Below are positions 50,014-58,810 of a stretch of DNA of 64,000 bases, in pieces (position 1 is the first letter of the stretch; every line of letters starts with the position of its first letter). The notes beneath the pieces are model-generated. The model was not told the DNA's origin. It did not search any database and was given only the letters and a program-made list of their open reading frames with translations. A program made the position numbers and the translations under genes. Location of the stretch: contig CAVZRV010000029.1 in assembly GCA_963777605.1 (NCBI GenBank), positions 320,001-384,000 of the forward strand, in the 5' to 3' direction. Source of the DNA: an uncultured Acidobacteriota bacterium. GTDB lineage: Bacteria; Acidobacteriota; UBA6911; RPQK01; JAPXNP01.

Positions 50014-50131
50014 GATTTATCGCTCCTTTATGATTAAGGCTCCGGCCGTCTCTGGACGGCATCCCCGAGGACAGTGGCTTTGCCGATGTCCCGGGCAGAG
50101 CGGATTTGTATTTATGTTTCCAGTACATGTT

Positions 50132-52636
50132 CTAACCTCGGGCCGGGGATACCTCGACCGCCTGTCCTCCCCAGAGCGTTGGTGGATGCTCCTCGAAGAG
50201 CTGGTAGGTCGCGATCTTGATCCCGTCGTTGATAAAGAACCAGGCGAAGGCATATGCCCAGATGATCACGGCCCAGTTCCAGCCGATCGCCGGCATGAAG
50301 ATGCCGTAGACGGCAGCGAGTGTGGCCAGGACCTTCGTGCCGATCGCTGCCCAGAGCAGAACCGGGGAAGGTCGCAGGGACCAGAAGGGTCCCCGGGTCC
50401 GGGTAATGAAAATGGTCAGGTGCCCGGCAATCGCCAGTTTCAGAAACATCATGGTCTGAATCGTTCCTGACGGTAGGTGGAACAGGTGCTCGGCGAAATA
50501 GAACAGCCCGAATGAGGCGACTACTCCTGCCAGCCCAAGTACCGTGGACATTCCAAGGACCACCGGCATGTTCCACTTCTCCGGTTTCGGAGATGGGCGT
50601 ACGTAGTCATAGGCGATCGCGAGGATTGGACCATCGTTCAGCAGCGCCAGCAAGACGATCATGGCGGCGGTCACCGGGTAGAAGTTGAACACGAGAATCG
50701 AAAGAGTCATGAATATCAGGACCCTGATCGTTTCGGTGATCCGGTAGATCGCGTAGCTGTTCATCCGCTGGAAGATCCGGCGGCTTTCACGGATCGCGTC
50801 AACGATAACCGAGAGGCCCGGGCTCGTCAGGACGATGTCGGCAGCTGCACGAGCCGCGTCGGTGGAACCCGAAACGGCAATTCCGGCATCAGCCTCCTTG
50901 AGTGCGGGGGCGTCGTTGACTCCGTCTCCGGTCATGCCGACGATATGACCGTGCTGCTGGAGGACGTCTACGATGCGGAATTTGTGTTCAGGGTATACCT
51001 GGGCGAAACCGTCGCTGTTCTCGATGGCGCTCGCCAAGGCGGTTTCCGATCCGGGCTCATCACTGTCAAGTCGCTCAGCGTCGAGTATTTTGGTTCCCAG
51101 GTCGAGCTGACGAGAAATCTCGCGGGCGATGGCGACCTGATCTCCAGTCAGCATCTTGACTCGAATCCCGAGTTCCTCTGCCGACCGAATTACTTGTTTG
51201 CTGTCTTCCCGCGGCGGATCGAGAAGGGGAAGGATGCCCAGGAATTCCCACTCGTCGCGCTCGTTGGTCCGGGCCACCCCGAGGGCACGAAATCCTCGCG
51301 AGGCAAAGTCTTCGATAGCGGACTCGACCTCCGCCCGGACCTGGTCCGCGTTGGAGGAGAGGCGCAGAATCACTTGCGGGGCGCCCTTGGAGACTCGATA
51401 GCTTTTGCCGTTGCTTTGGACGGTTGCCTCGGTCCTCTTGGAAACTGGATCAAAAGGCTGGAAATGAGTGATTTCAACCGATGATTGTTCGGGGCCGGCT
51501 CCGCCCAGGACGGCCAAATCGATCGGGTCTTCATCCTCGGCTCGGGAAGCCAGGGCCGCATTGGCGATAACTTCCTGGGGAGACACGTTGGAGAGACAGA
51601 AGGGTTCGCCGAGGGTGAGACGGTTCTGAGTCAGTGTGCCGGTCTTGTCCGAGCAGAGCACGTCGATGCCGGCCAGTTCCTCGACACTCGCCAGACGGGT
51701 GACGATAGCTTTCTTGCGGGCCAGGAGCCTTGCTCCGACCGCCATCGTGACGGACAGAACAGTTGGCATCGCAACCGGAATGGCTGCCACCGTCAGGACC
51801 AGCGCAAACTCGATCGTGGTTGTGAGGGGGTCTCCCCGCATGATGGCCACGGTTAGAATCAGAGCTACCAGGACCAGGGCGATCATGATCAGGTAATCGC
51901 CGATTTTGAGGATGGCTTTTTGAAAGTGGCTTTTCTTGGGAGCTGTCTCAACCAGAGAGGCTGTCCGGCCGAAGAAGGTATTGAGCCCCGTGGATTCAAC
52001 CACCGCATCGATCTCTCCCTGCCTGACAATCGACCCGGAGTAGGCCAGGTCCCCTGAATGGCAGGATGCCGGCAAAGACTCTCCGGTCAGGGAAGATTGG
52101 TCAATGGCCAGGGGATCTCCCTCGAGAAGCCGCGCATCGGCGGGTACGATATCGCCCAGTCTCAGCCGGATCAGGTCTCCGGGAACCAGCGTTTTGGCTT
52201 CAACCGTGCTCCATTGTCCATCCCGTTTGACTTTTGCGCGCAGCGCCAGCCTCGATTTCAGGGCGCTGACGGTGTTGCCGGCCTGGTACTCTTCCCAGAA
52301 TCCGACGATGGCGTTTCCAACCAGCAGGGTGACCACGATGCCGAAGTCAGCCCAGTGTTGAACGATTGCCGACAGAATGGCGGCACTTTCAATCATCCAC
52401 GCGATTGGGCCCCAGAAATAGGAAAGGAATTGCAGTACCGGGTTCGTTTTCTTTTCGGGGAGCTCGTTGTGTCCGTACTTTTCCAGGCGGTGCGCAACTT
52501 CTTCATGAGTCAGGCCAACAACGGATGGTTGCGGTTTTTTGTCCATCGATCGACCGCCGCTCTCATCCCGCAAAACGTCAGGGTTGATCGCGTGAGTTGC
52601 AGTCTGAGCTGATTCTAAAGTTCTCGTCTCGGACAT
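50132..52636 (-). CDS. P3A-type plasma-membrane proton-efflux P-type ATPase
   Basis: FWGPIAWMIE, DQSSLTGES, IPVAMPTVLSVTMAVGA, CSDKTGTLT, KGAPQ, TGDGVNDAPALK, YRITET, LLNDGPILAIAYD; RBS GGAG before ATG 52636. Confidence 0.93.
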   Translation of the reverse strand: MSETRTLESAQTATHAINPDVLRDESGGRSMDKKPQPSVVGLTHEEVAHRLEKYGHNELPEKKTNPVLQFLSYFWGPIAWMIESAAILSAIVQHWADFGIVVTLLVGNAIVGFWEEYQAGNTVSALKSRLALRAKVKRDGQWSTVEAKTLVPGDLIRLRLGDIVPADARLLEGDPLAIDQSSLTGESLPASCHSGDLAYSGSIVRQGEIDAVVESTGLNTFFGRTASLVETAPKKSHFQKAILKIGDYLIMIALVLVALILTVAIMRGDPLTTTIEFALVLTVAAIPVAMPTVLSVTMAVGARLLARKKAIVTRLASVEELAGIDVLCSDKTGTLTQNRLTLGEPFCLSNVSPQEVIANAALASRAEDEDPIDLAVLGGAGPEQSSVEITHFQPFDPVSKRTEATVQSNGKSYRVSKGAPQVILRLSSNADQVRAEVESAIEDFASRGFRALGVARTNERDEWEFLGILPLLDPPREDSKQVIRSAEELGIRVKMLTGDQVAIAREISRQLDLGTKILDAERLDSDEPGSETALASAIENSDGFAQVYPEHKFRIVDVLQQHGHIVGMTGDGVNDAPALKEADAGIAVSGSTDAARAAADIVLTSPGLSVIVDAIRESRRIFQRMNSYAIYRITETIRVLIFMTLSILVFNFYPVTAAMIVLLALLNDGPILAIAYDYVRPSPKPEKWNMPVVLGMSTVLGLAGVVASFGLFYFAEHLFHLPSGTIQTMMFLKLAIAGHLTIFITRTRGPFWSLRPSPVLLWAAIGTKVLATLAAVYGIFMPAIGWNWAVIIWAYAFAWFFINDGIKIATYQLFEEHPPTLWGGQAVEVSPARG

Positions 52637-52720
52637 ATTCCATCTCCCCGACGGGCAGCACCCGGCCAAACAAGTACGAACTCCGGGCTGACCTGCCCAC
52701 TCTTACTGCCAAACCCTTAG

Positions 52721-52736
52721 AGCAACTCGTGTGCCA
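52721..52736 (-). promoter_or_regulatory. Sigma54 -24/-12 promoter of the H+-ATPase operon
   Basis: The minus strand reads TGGCAC-ACGAG-TTGCT. An AT-rich tract (52744-52770) and the pseudo-palindrome TGACGGAATTGCCGCA (52805-52820) lie upstream. Confidence 0.75.
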
Positions 52737-52882
52737 CCGGAGGAAAATGTTTAAGTGGTTTAAAATAAAGTGCGTTACGTGATTCTAGTGAAAACCCTCC
52801 AGTGTGACGGAATTGCCGCAAACTGCAAAACTGTCCCACGTGGGTTGAATCAGAAACCGTCCTGGAGGACACTCTGCCCTGG

Positions 52883-53698
52883 ATGAAACGGACCAAATTC
52901 CCTCTCTATTTCCTGATGGGGCTCGGTTTGGCGGCACTCATCAGCCCTGTGCCGGGACAATCGTTGCCGCTCACTCGCGCCCATGCTCACAACGATTACC
53001 TGCACGATCGGCCGCTGTTCGATGCGCTTGAGCAGGGCTTCTGCAGCGTCGAGGCCGACGTGTTCTATCTGGACGGGCAGTTCCTGGTTGCCCACGAGAG
53101 ACCCGAGGTGGTGCCCGGGAGGACTCTTGAAGGGCTCTATCTCGAGCCGTTGAGGAACCGGGTCGGGGAGAACAGTGGATCAGTTCAGCCCGGAGCGGAG
53201 GATTTCTTCCTCTGGATCGACGTGAAGACGGATGGAGAAGAGGCCTGGCCTGCGTTGAGAGATCTGCTGCTCTCCTACCGGGACATCCTCTCAGTTGCCG
53301 AGAGCGACGTGCTCCACCGAGGGCCCGTCTCGGTGATCGTATCGGGCAACCGGGCCGCGTCTTTGATGCTCGGGGACAGGGTGCTTCCGGCGACAATCGA
53401 CGGGCGTTTCTCCGACCTCAACCTTGGAATGAGTCCGCGCATTATGTCCTGGTTGAGTGATGACTACAGTCGCTATTTCACCTGGTCGGGAGACGGAGAG
53501 ATGCCCTCTTCACAGCTTGAGAACCTCCAGGAATTCGTGACCGCCGCCCATGAGCGTGGGTACCGGGTTCGGTTGTGGGCGATTCCTGACCGGGCAAGTG
53601 CATGGGCCGTTCTGGAGGAAGCCGGCGTCGATTTGATCAACACCGACGACTTGAAAGGACTAAGCCGGTTTCTTCGTGACCGGGAGAAGCCGGATTGA
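52883..53698 (+). CDS. Secreted PI-PLC/glycerophosphodiester phosphodiesterase-like protein
   Basis: Signal peptide; AHAHNDY, SVEADV, VAHE, IDVKT, GVDLINTDD. Confidence 0.82.
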   Translation: MKRTKFPLYFLMGLGLAALISPVPGQSLPLTRAHAHNDYLHDRPLFDALEQGFCSVEADVFYLDGQFLVAHERPEVVPGRTLEGLYLEPLRNRVGENSGSVQPGAEDFFLWIDVKTDGEEAWPALRDLLLSYRDILSVAESDVLHRGPVSVIVSGNRAASLMLGDRVLPATIDGRFSDLNLGMSPRIMSWLSDDYSRYFTWSGDGEMPSSQLENLQEFVTAAHERGYRVRLWAIPDRASAWAVLEEAGVDLINTDDLKGLSRFLRDREKPD

Positions 53699-53712
53699 CC
53701 GCGAGAGAAGCG

Positions 53713-55302
53713 ATGAACAGCAAGGCGATCCCGGCAAAGGTCGTCGGGACGTGGGCTGTCGGGTTTTTTGCCATTCTGGCCGTCAACGCCGTTTGGCAGG
53801 CGCTGAATCAGATGCCTCCGGCCTGGGATATGGCCTATCACCAGAGGATGGGCTGGTCCTTCTACGAGGCCCTGCGGGACGGTGCGTCATTTTCCACCCT
53901 GATCCATCTCAGTGACTACTATCCGCCGCTCTATTATCTGGTCGAGGCCCTGTTCTTTGCACTGTTCGGGCCAACTTGCTGGCTGCCTTTCCTGGCAAAC
54001 TTGCCGGGCCTTGTCCTGTTGAGCTATTTCTCATTCCGGCTTGCCTGGAGTTCTGCAGAGAGCCGGTGGGCTCCTCTCGCCGGGCATCTTGTCCTGATGC
54101 TGCCCCTGCTTGCATGGACGAGCCGGGAATCGCTCCTGGACCCTTCGCTTTCCGGCTTACTGGCGCTGGCGCTTTTCCTGTTGCTACGAAGCGACTGTTT
54201 TCTGGAGCGGAAGTGGACACTGGGTTTCGGCCTCTCGGTCGCCGCCGGGCTCCTTCTCAAGTGGACCTTTATCGCTTTTGTGGTTCCGGGCGTCCTTTAT
54301 TGTCTTTGGAGATCTCCGCGTCGGCCGTTGTCACTGAGAAATCTCCTGGATGCGGTTTTGGTAGCAATGCCACCGGCGTTCCTCTGGTACCTACCCAACC
54401 TGAATTCGCTTATCGAGCGTTTCCGCCTGACCACGGCCGGGGCAGGGTGGGAACAGGATCCGGAGGTCTGGAGCCTGCTGGGTTGGGTCTACTACCCCCG
54501 CTGCCTGGCGGGCTACTATCTCTTTCTTCCCCTCACGGTTGCCTTTCTCTGGGCTGTTTGGCGGCTGGCCGCTGCTTACCGGGCAGGGAACACTCGAACT
54601 GCATCCGAGCTTGTGAGCTCGCGCGTCCTGACGGGGATCGTGACCGTGACTCTGGTTGGCGGACTGCTGCTCCTGGGCCTGTTGAAGGCCAAGGACCCGC
54701 GCTATGCCATGCCCTTTGTGGTGCCCCTCGTGTTGATCCTCTACCAGGGTTTCGTCGATCGCCCCCGGGCCTTCCAGTTGGTGGCCGGTTGGGCCTCGCT
54801 CCAGTTTCTCCTGATTTCGTTTGCGGTTCCCCTGGACCCCGGCAAGATCGCCCTCTTTGCTCTGGACCCCGACCCCGACTTCGTCGGGATGCGGCAGGAA
54901 TGGGTCTGGTTCGAGTCGAACTACTTTGGAGTTGTCGGGCCACCTCGCCGTGAGAACTGGCACTATGCCGACATCCTCGGCCACCTGTCTTCAGGTGACC
55001 AGGTCGGATTCGTGCCCGACGCAACCTTCTTCCATCCTGGTGCTCTCGAACTCAAAGCCGCCGAGCGTGGAATCGAATTGACGGTCTTTCGCCTCGGAAT
55101 CACGGAGGGCTGGCCGGACAGGCTCAAGAAGACGGACTGGGTCGTTGGTAAAAGCGGAAGCCAGGGGATATCCTATATCACTCTCTACAACCGGGATGTC
55201 TACGCAGCTCTGGAAACGCTTAATTGGCCTCGAGTTGACACATGGGAATTGCCCGACGGAAGCCAGGCGATGATCTGGCGAAATCCTTCCCGATCTCAAT
55301 AG
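53713..55302 (+). CDS. GT-C fold membrane glycosyltransferase (ArnT/family 39-like)
   Basis: PPAWDMAYH, YYPPLYY, GLLLKWTF, KDPRYAMP and many TM segments. Confidence 0.8.
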   Translation: MNSKAIPAKVVGTWAVGFFAILAVNAVWQALNQMPPAWDMAYHQRMGWSFYEALRDGASFSTLIHLSDYYPPLYYLVEALFFALFGPTCWLPFLANLPGLVLLSYFSFRLAWSSAESRWAPLAGHLVLMLPLLAWTSRESLLDPSLSGLLALALFLLLRSDCFLERKWTLGFGLSVAAGLLLKWTFIAFVVPGVLYCLWRSPRRPLSLRNLLDAVLVAMPPAFLWYLPNLNSLIERFRLTTAGAGWEQDPEVWSLLGWVYYPRCLAGYYLFLPLTVAFLWAVWRLAAAYRAGNTRTASELVSSRVLTGIVTVTLVGGLLLLGLLKAKDPRYAMPFVVPLVLILYQGFVDRPRAFQLVAGWASLQFLLISFAVPLDPGKIALFALDPDPDFVGMRQEWVWFESNYFGVVGPPRRENWHYADILGHLSSGDQVGFVPDATFFHPGALELKAAERGIELTVFRLGITEGWPDRLKKTDWVVGKSGSQGISYITLYNRDVYAALETLNWPRVDTWELPDGSQAMIWRNPSRSQ

Positions 55303-56285
55303 TGATCCCGGTCCACAATGGAGCCTGTTTTCTTCGCCGCTGCCTGGCGGCACTGGTAGAGAACGATCTCACCGAGTGCGAAATCATCGTTGTGGACGAC
55401 TGTTCCACGGATGAGCCCTCCGCCGTCTGCGGAGAGTTCGCCGGTCAACTCCCACTGCGGACTGTTGCACTGAAGGCCAGGAGCGGTCCGGCCTCGGCCA
55501 GAAACCGGGGTGCAGTTCAAGCACGACATCCTTACCTGTTGTTCCTCGATGCCGACGTCTTGCTTCCCGCCAGGGCGATCGGCTTCTTTCGAGAAACCAT
55601 TGATCTGTACACGCACCGGGCGGACATAGCCGGGGCGCTGGGATGCTATTCCGAGGACATCCCTTCGTCGGGATTCTTCTCCAACTTCAAGAACCTGGCC
55701 ACCTCGTATCTCTATCGAATTACCGAAACGCAGAGCCCGTTTGTTCACACCGCGATGTTGCTGGTCCGTCGGGAGGTCTTGGATACAGTGGGTGGCTTCG
55801 AAGAGGGTCTCTTCAAGGCGGAGGATTTCAAACTGGGAATGTCGCTCGGTTCCCGCGGGTACCGGTTCGTGATTGACTGGAGGATTCAGGGCATTCACCT
55901 CAAGGAGTACGGCCTGTGGGACATCCTGGTCGAGGACTGGCAGCGCATACGCGCATTGAGGCAGCTCCGGGCCGATCGGAAGGAGAAGGCCTTCTCCTTC
56001 CGCGCGCACCGGTTGGGGCGGATTCTGTCGCTCGGCCTCCCCGGTCCCATTCTCCTCCTCCTTGGCCTGAGCGCGGTCTGGGGTTGGCTGCCCGCCCAGT
56101 GGGCATTGCTACTGTTTGGGGTTTTCGTGGGGGCGAACTTTTCCTTCCTGAGCTACCTTCGGCGACATCGAGGAAATGGGTTTGCCGGGATGAGCCTGGC
56201 TATGCTATTCGTCGAGATGCTGTGGGCAGAATTGGCGGTTGCCTCCAGCGTCGTCCGAATTTCTGACTCAGGACACCGTGGCTAG
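55242..56285 (+). CDS. GT2 glycosyltransferase with C-terminal TM helices
   Basis: SIVIPVHN, VVDDCSTD, GPASARNRG, FLDAD, VGGFEE, AEDFKLG. Confidence 0.9.
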   Translation: MGIARRKPGDDLAKSFPISIVIPVHNGACFLRRCLAALVENDLTECEIIVVDDCSTDEPSAVCGEFAGQLPLRTVALKARSGPASARNRGAVQARHPYLLFLDADVLLPARAIGFFRETIDLYTHRADIAGALGCYSEDIPSSGFFSNFKNLATSYLYRITETQSPFVHTAMLLVRREVLDTVGGFEEGLFKAEDFKLGMSLGSRGYRFVIDWRIQGIHLKEYGLWDILVEDWQRIRALRQLRADRKEKAFSFRAHRLGRILSLGLPGPILLLLGLSAVWGWLPAQWALLLFGVFVGANFSFLSYLRRHRGNGFAGMSLAMLFVEMLWAELAVASSVVRISDSGHRG

Positions 56286-56647
56286 GCGGGTCCCATGCCT
56301 TCCTTGATTGCAACGAGTCGGCGAAACAGGCGCCGGTATGGGGCCCACCGGCAGTCCTGCCCACAGTCATAGCTGCTGAGTAGGTTCATGCAGTGATCGT
56401 CGCAGGCTTCATCGCCCCGCAGCACCTGTCGGGGGATAGGCTCGGTGACGAGTTTCCGAAAAGCCTCGACTTGAACCGCGAATGTTGTACCGCAACCGGG
56501 GGTCTCGTGATTGAAGTAGTAAAAATTGAGATTGGCGTCTGCATGGTCCAGGTTCATTCCGATGAGCTTTACCCGACTGTCTTCGACGAGGTCGGCGAGA
56601 GTAAAGCAGGTCTTGCATCGGGGGCAGAGTTTGACCGGATCGTGCAT
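56282..56647 (-). CDS. Small Cys-rich hypothetical protein (possible metal binding)
   Basis: MHDPVKLCPRCKTCF...FNHETPGCGTT...CDDHC...CGQDC; converges on the GT2 stop. Confidence 0.7.
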   Translation of the reverse strand: MHDPVKLCPRCKTCFTLADLVEDSRVKLIGMNLDHADANLNFYYFNHETPGCGTTFAVQVEAFRKLVTEPIPRQVLRGDEACDDHCMNLLSSYDCGQDCRWAPYRRLFRRLVAIKEGMGPA

Positions 56648-56699
56648 CGCAGAAGCTGAAAAAGTACCACAACCCCGTGATTTCGGTCGAGATTTTGCG

Positions 56700-56715
56700 C
56701 ACAATTCGAGTGCCA
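56700..56715 (-). promoter_or_regulatory. Sigma54-like promoter (imperfect -12)
   Basis: TGGCAC-TCGAA-TTGTG; the spacing is correct but GC is replaced by GT. Confidence 0.35.
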
Positions 56716-56795
56716 AATGAAAAGAATTCCAATCCCGGATCATTTTTGGATCTACGTTCGCCTTGCGCTGGCCGCCCTCTCTTGGGGAGGTACGT

Positions 56796-57893
56796 TTATC
56801 GCCGGGAGGGTGGCGGCTTCAGAAGCGAACGGGCCCCGATGCGCAGGGCCCTGCGCGGGGTAAAGAGCGTGTTGACACTCATGGCACACTCATAGGTGCA
56901 CTGACAGCCCAGTGTCTTCTGGTAGGCTCGGGCGTCGCCTGCCGCGCGAGCTTTCCAGAGGGCCGCGAGATCGCAGTCGAAATCCCGGACGTTGCCCATG
57001 CTTCGATCGAGAATTTCGCACGGGTAGACCTCGCCGGTCTCACTGACGACTCCGATCAATTCTCCTCCGAAGCAGGGATTGATCCGCTCGGTTGCCTGGG
57101 CGGCCTCACCGATCAGCCGGTAGGTCTCCTCTTCTTTGGAAATCACCAGCCGGTCTGCCCAGTCGTCGGTCAAACGGTTCCGGCGCCGGTATTCCACCAC
57201 TCTCCGAGCCACCCTCTGGTAGACCTCGAGGTTGACCTCTTTCAGGGAAGGGTCCATGGGATTCCCTCGCGCCAGAGTGACGGTGATGGCATCGGGATGA
57301 AGTTCACCTTCCACGAAGGAGAGGAAGTCGTCAAGCCGGTCCTGGTTGGCGCGGGAGACCGTCAGGGCCACCCCCACTGACAGGTTGGGGAAGCTGGGCT
57401 TCAGCTTCTTGAGTTCCCGGAGCGTTTCGACTGCATGGTCGAAGCTCTTGGGGTTTTGACGGATCTCGTTGTGGATCTCCCTGGGGCCGTCTAGTGAAAC
57501 GCCCGCGCAGACCCGGGAGGTGCGGACTCTCGAAAGTAACTCGCCGGCACGCTCCACGGTCCGGTCAACCAGGAAGCCGTTGGACGGGATCTGGATATTC
57601 CGGGCCCCGGAGTTCTTCGAGAAGAACTCGGCGATCTGGGGGAGGTCTTTGCGAAGGAATGGCTCTCCGCCGGTCAAGGAGACCGAGAGAAGGTTCGGAA
57701 GAGAGCGGCTGATCTTCTCGAACTCGTCCAGCGTCAGTTCATTCTTCTTGAGATTCAGTTCTTCCCAGTAAAAGCAGTGCCGGCAGAGCAGATTGCACTT
57801 GGACGTCACGAAAACGATGAGGTTGACGGGATTGCCTCGCCTCAACAGCAGTCTGCTCGAGATCTTCAGATCCTGGATAATCCTGGGAGGCAT
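56796..57893 (-). CDS. Radical SAM protein with C-terminal Twitch/SPASM-like domain
   Basis: FVTSKCNLLCRHC, TGGEPFLR, SNG, SLDG; CFGG...GEVYPCE...MGN...CQCTYEC. Confidence 0.9.
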   Translation of the reverse strand: MPPRIIQDLKISSRLLLRRGNPVNLIVFVTSKCNLLCRHCFYWEELNLKKNELTLDEFEKISRSLPNLLSVSLTGGEPFLRKDLPQIAEFFSKNSGARNIQIPSNGFLVDRTVERAGELLSRVRTSRVCAGVSLDGPREIHNEIRQNPKSFDHAVETLRELKKLKPSFPNLSVGVALTVSRANQDRLDDFLSFVEGELHPDAITVTLARGNPMDPSLKEVNLEVYQRVARRVVEYRRRNRLTDDWADRLVISKEEETYRLIGEAAQATERINPCFGGELIGVVSETGEVYPCEILDRSMGNVRDFDCDLAALWKARAAGDARAYQKTLGCQCTYECAMSVNTLFTPRRALRIGARSLLKPPPSRR

Positions 57894-58208
57894 GCCTGAT
57901 CAGCATGGTAGCATAGCCTGGTGTTCAGGCACGGATCCGGCCGGGGCTCTGAAAGCGTCATATGATGCGTGACAGGACACTAGGTCCAGACCCCCGGGGC
58001 GCGCTGGTGATCTCGGCAGAGACCCGCCGGGTGCTCCATAAATTGCCGAGGGGCCGCAGTAAGTCCCCGAAGACCTTCCTGGCAGCGCCTTCCACGCCCA
58101 AAGGGATCCATCCAACCCTGCTGTGACTCCTTCCTCCAAACCGCACCGTTTTTCGGTTCGTCCACGTCCGCCATACGTTCTTATCCAATCAAATTCCCAG
58201 GACTCGAA

Positions 58209-58236
58209 TGAACCTTCCGAATCGCCGATCCGTAGT
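58209..58236 (+). promoter_or_regulatory. ECF-sigma-like promoter
   Basis: TGAACC-16 bp-CGTAGT, about 20 bp upstream of the start codon. Confidence 0.4.
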
Positions 58237-58257
58237 AGGTGTCAGAAGGAGCAAATG

Positions 58258-58806
58258 ATGAATCTCAAAAGGATGCTGGTTTTAACCGTGGCGATTTACA
58301 CCTCCGTGTGTGCGGCCCAGGGGGCGAACTACTGGCTGCACGTCCGGGTGCAGAGCCCTGAAAAGTCTGACGCGGTCAAAGTGAACGTTCCGCTCAGCCT
58401 GGTGCAGGCGGTATTGCCTGTGATCGACAGCGAAGAATTCAATCAGGGTCGCATCAAGCTGGGCGAGCAGGAACTCACTGTGCCCGAGATAAGAGCTATC
58501 TGGGAGACAATCAAGGCCCAGGGGAGCTATGAACTCGCATCGATTGATTCGGGAGAAGACCGGGTCCGGATCGCACTCGAAGGTGACGAACTCTTCGTTC
58601 GGTCAATTGAGGGTTCGGGGACCCAGGTTCTCGTCAACATTCCGGTCAGTGTTGTTGACGCGCTCCTTTCCGGAGAAGGGGATACGCTGGACCTGAAGGC
58701 CGGCATCGAGGCTCTCCAGATGGTCGGCGCGATGGACCTCGTGACCGTCAATGATGGAGAATCCATGGTCCGGGTCTGGATCGACGAAGTGAATACGTCG
58801 GAGTAA
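58258..58806 (+). CDS. Secreted hypothetical protein with internal duplication
   Basis: RBS AAGGAG; signal peptide; repeated VKVNVPLSLVQAVL / VLVNIPVSVVDALL. Confidence 0.75.
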   Translation: MNLKRMLVLTVAIYTSVCAAQGANYWLHVRVQSPEKSDAVKVNVPLSLVQAVLPVIDSEEFNQGRIKLGEQELTVPEIRAIWETIKAQGSYELASIDSGEDRVRIALEGDELFVRSIEGSGTQVLVNIPVSVVDALLSGEGDTLDLKAGIEALQMVGAMDLVTVNDGESMVRVWIDEVNTSE

Positions 58807-58810
58807 CGTC

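Noticed and set aside
39794-57893. Hopanoid (hpn) gene cluster
   Set aside because: No squalene-hopene cyclase or hpnCDE here, and I could not match the rSAM motifs to HpnH or HpnJ by eye. An HMM test is still needed.
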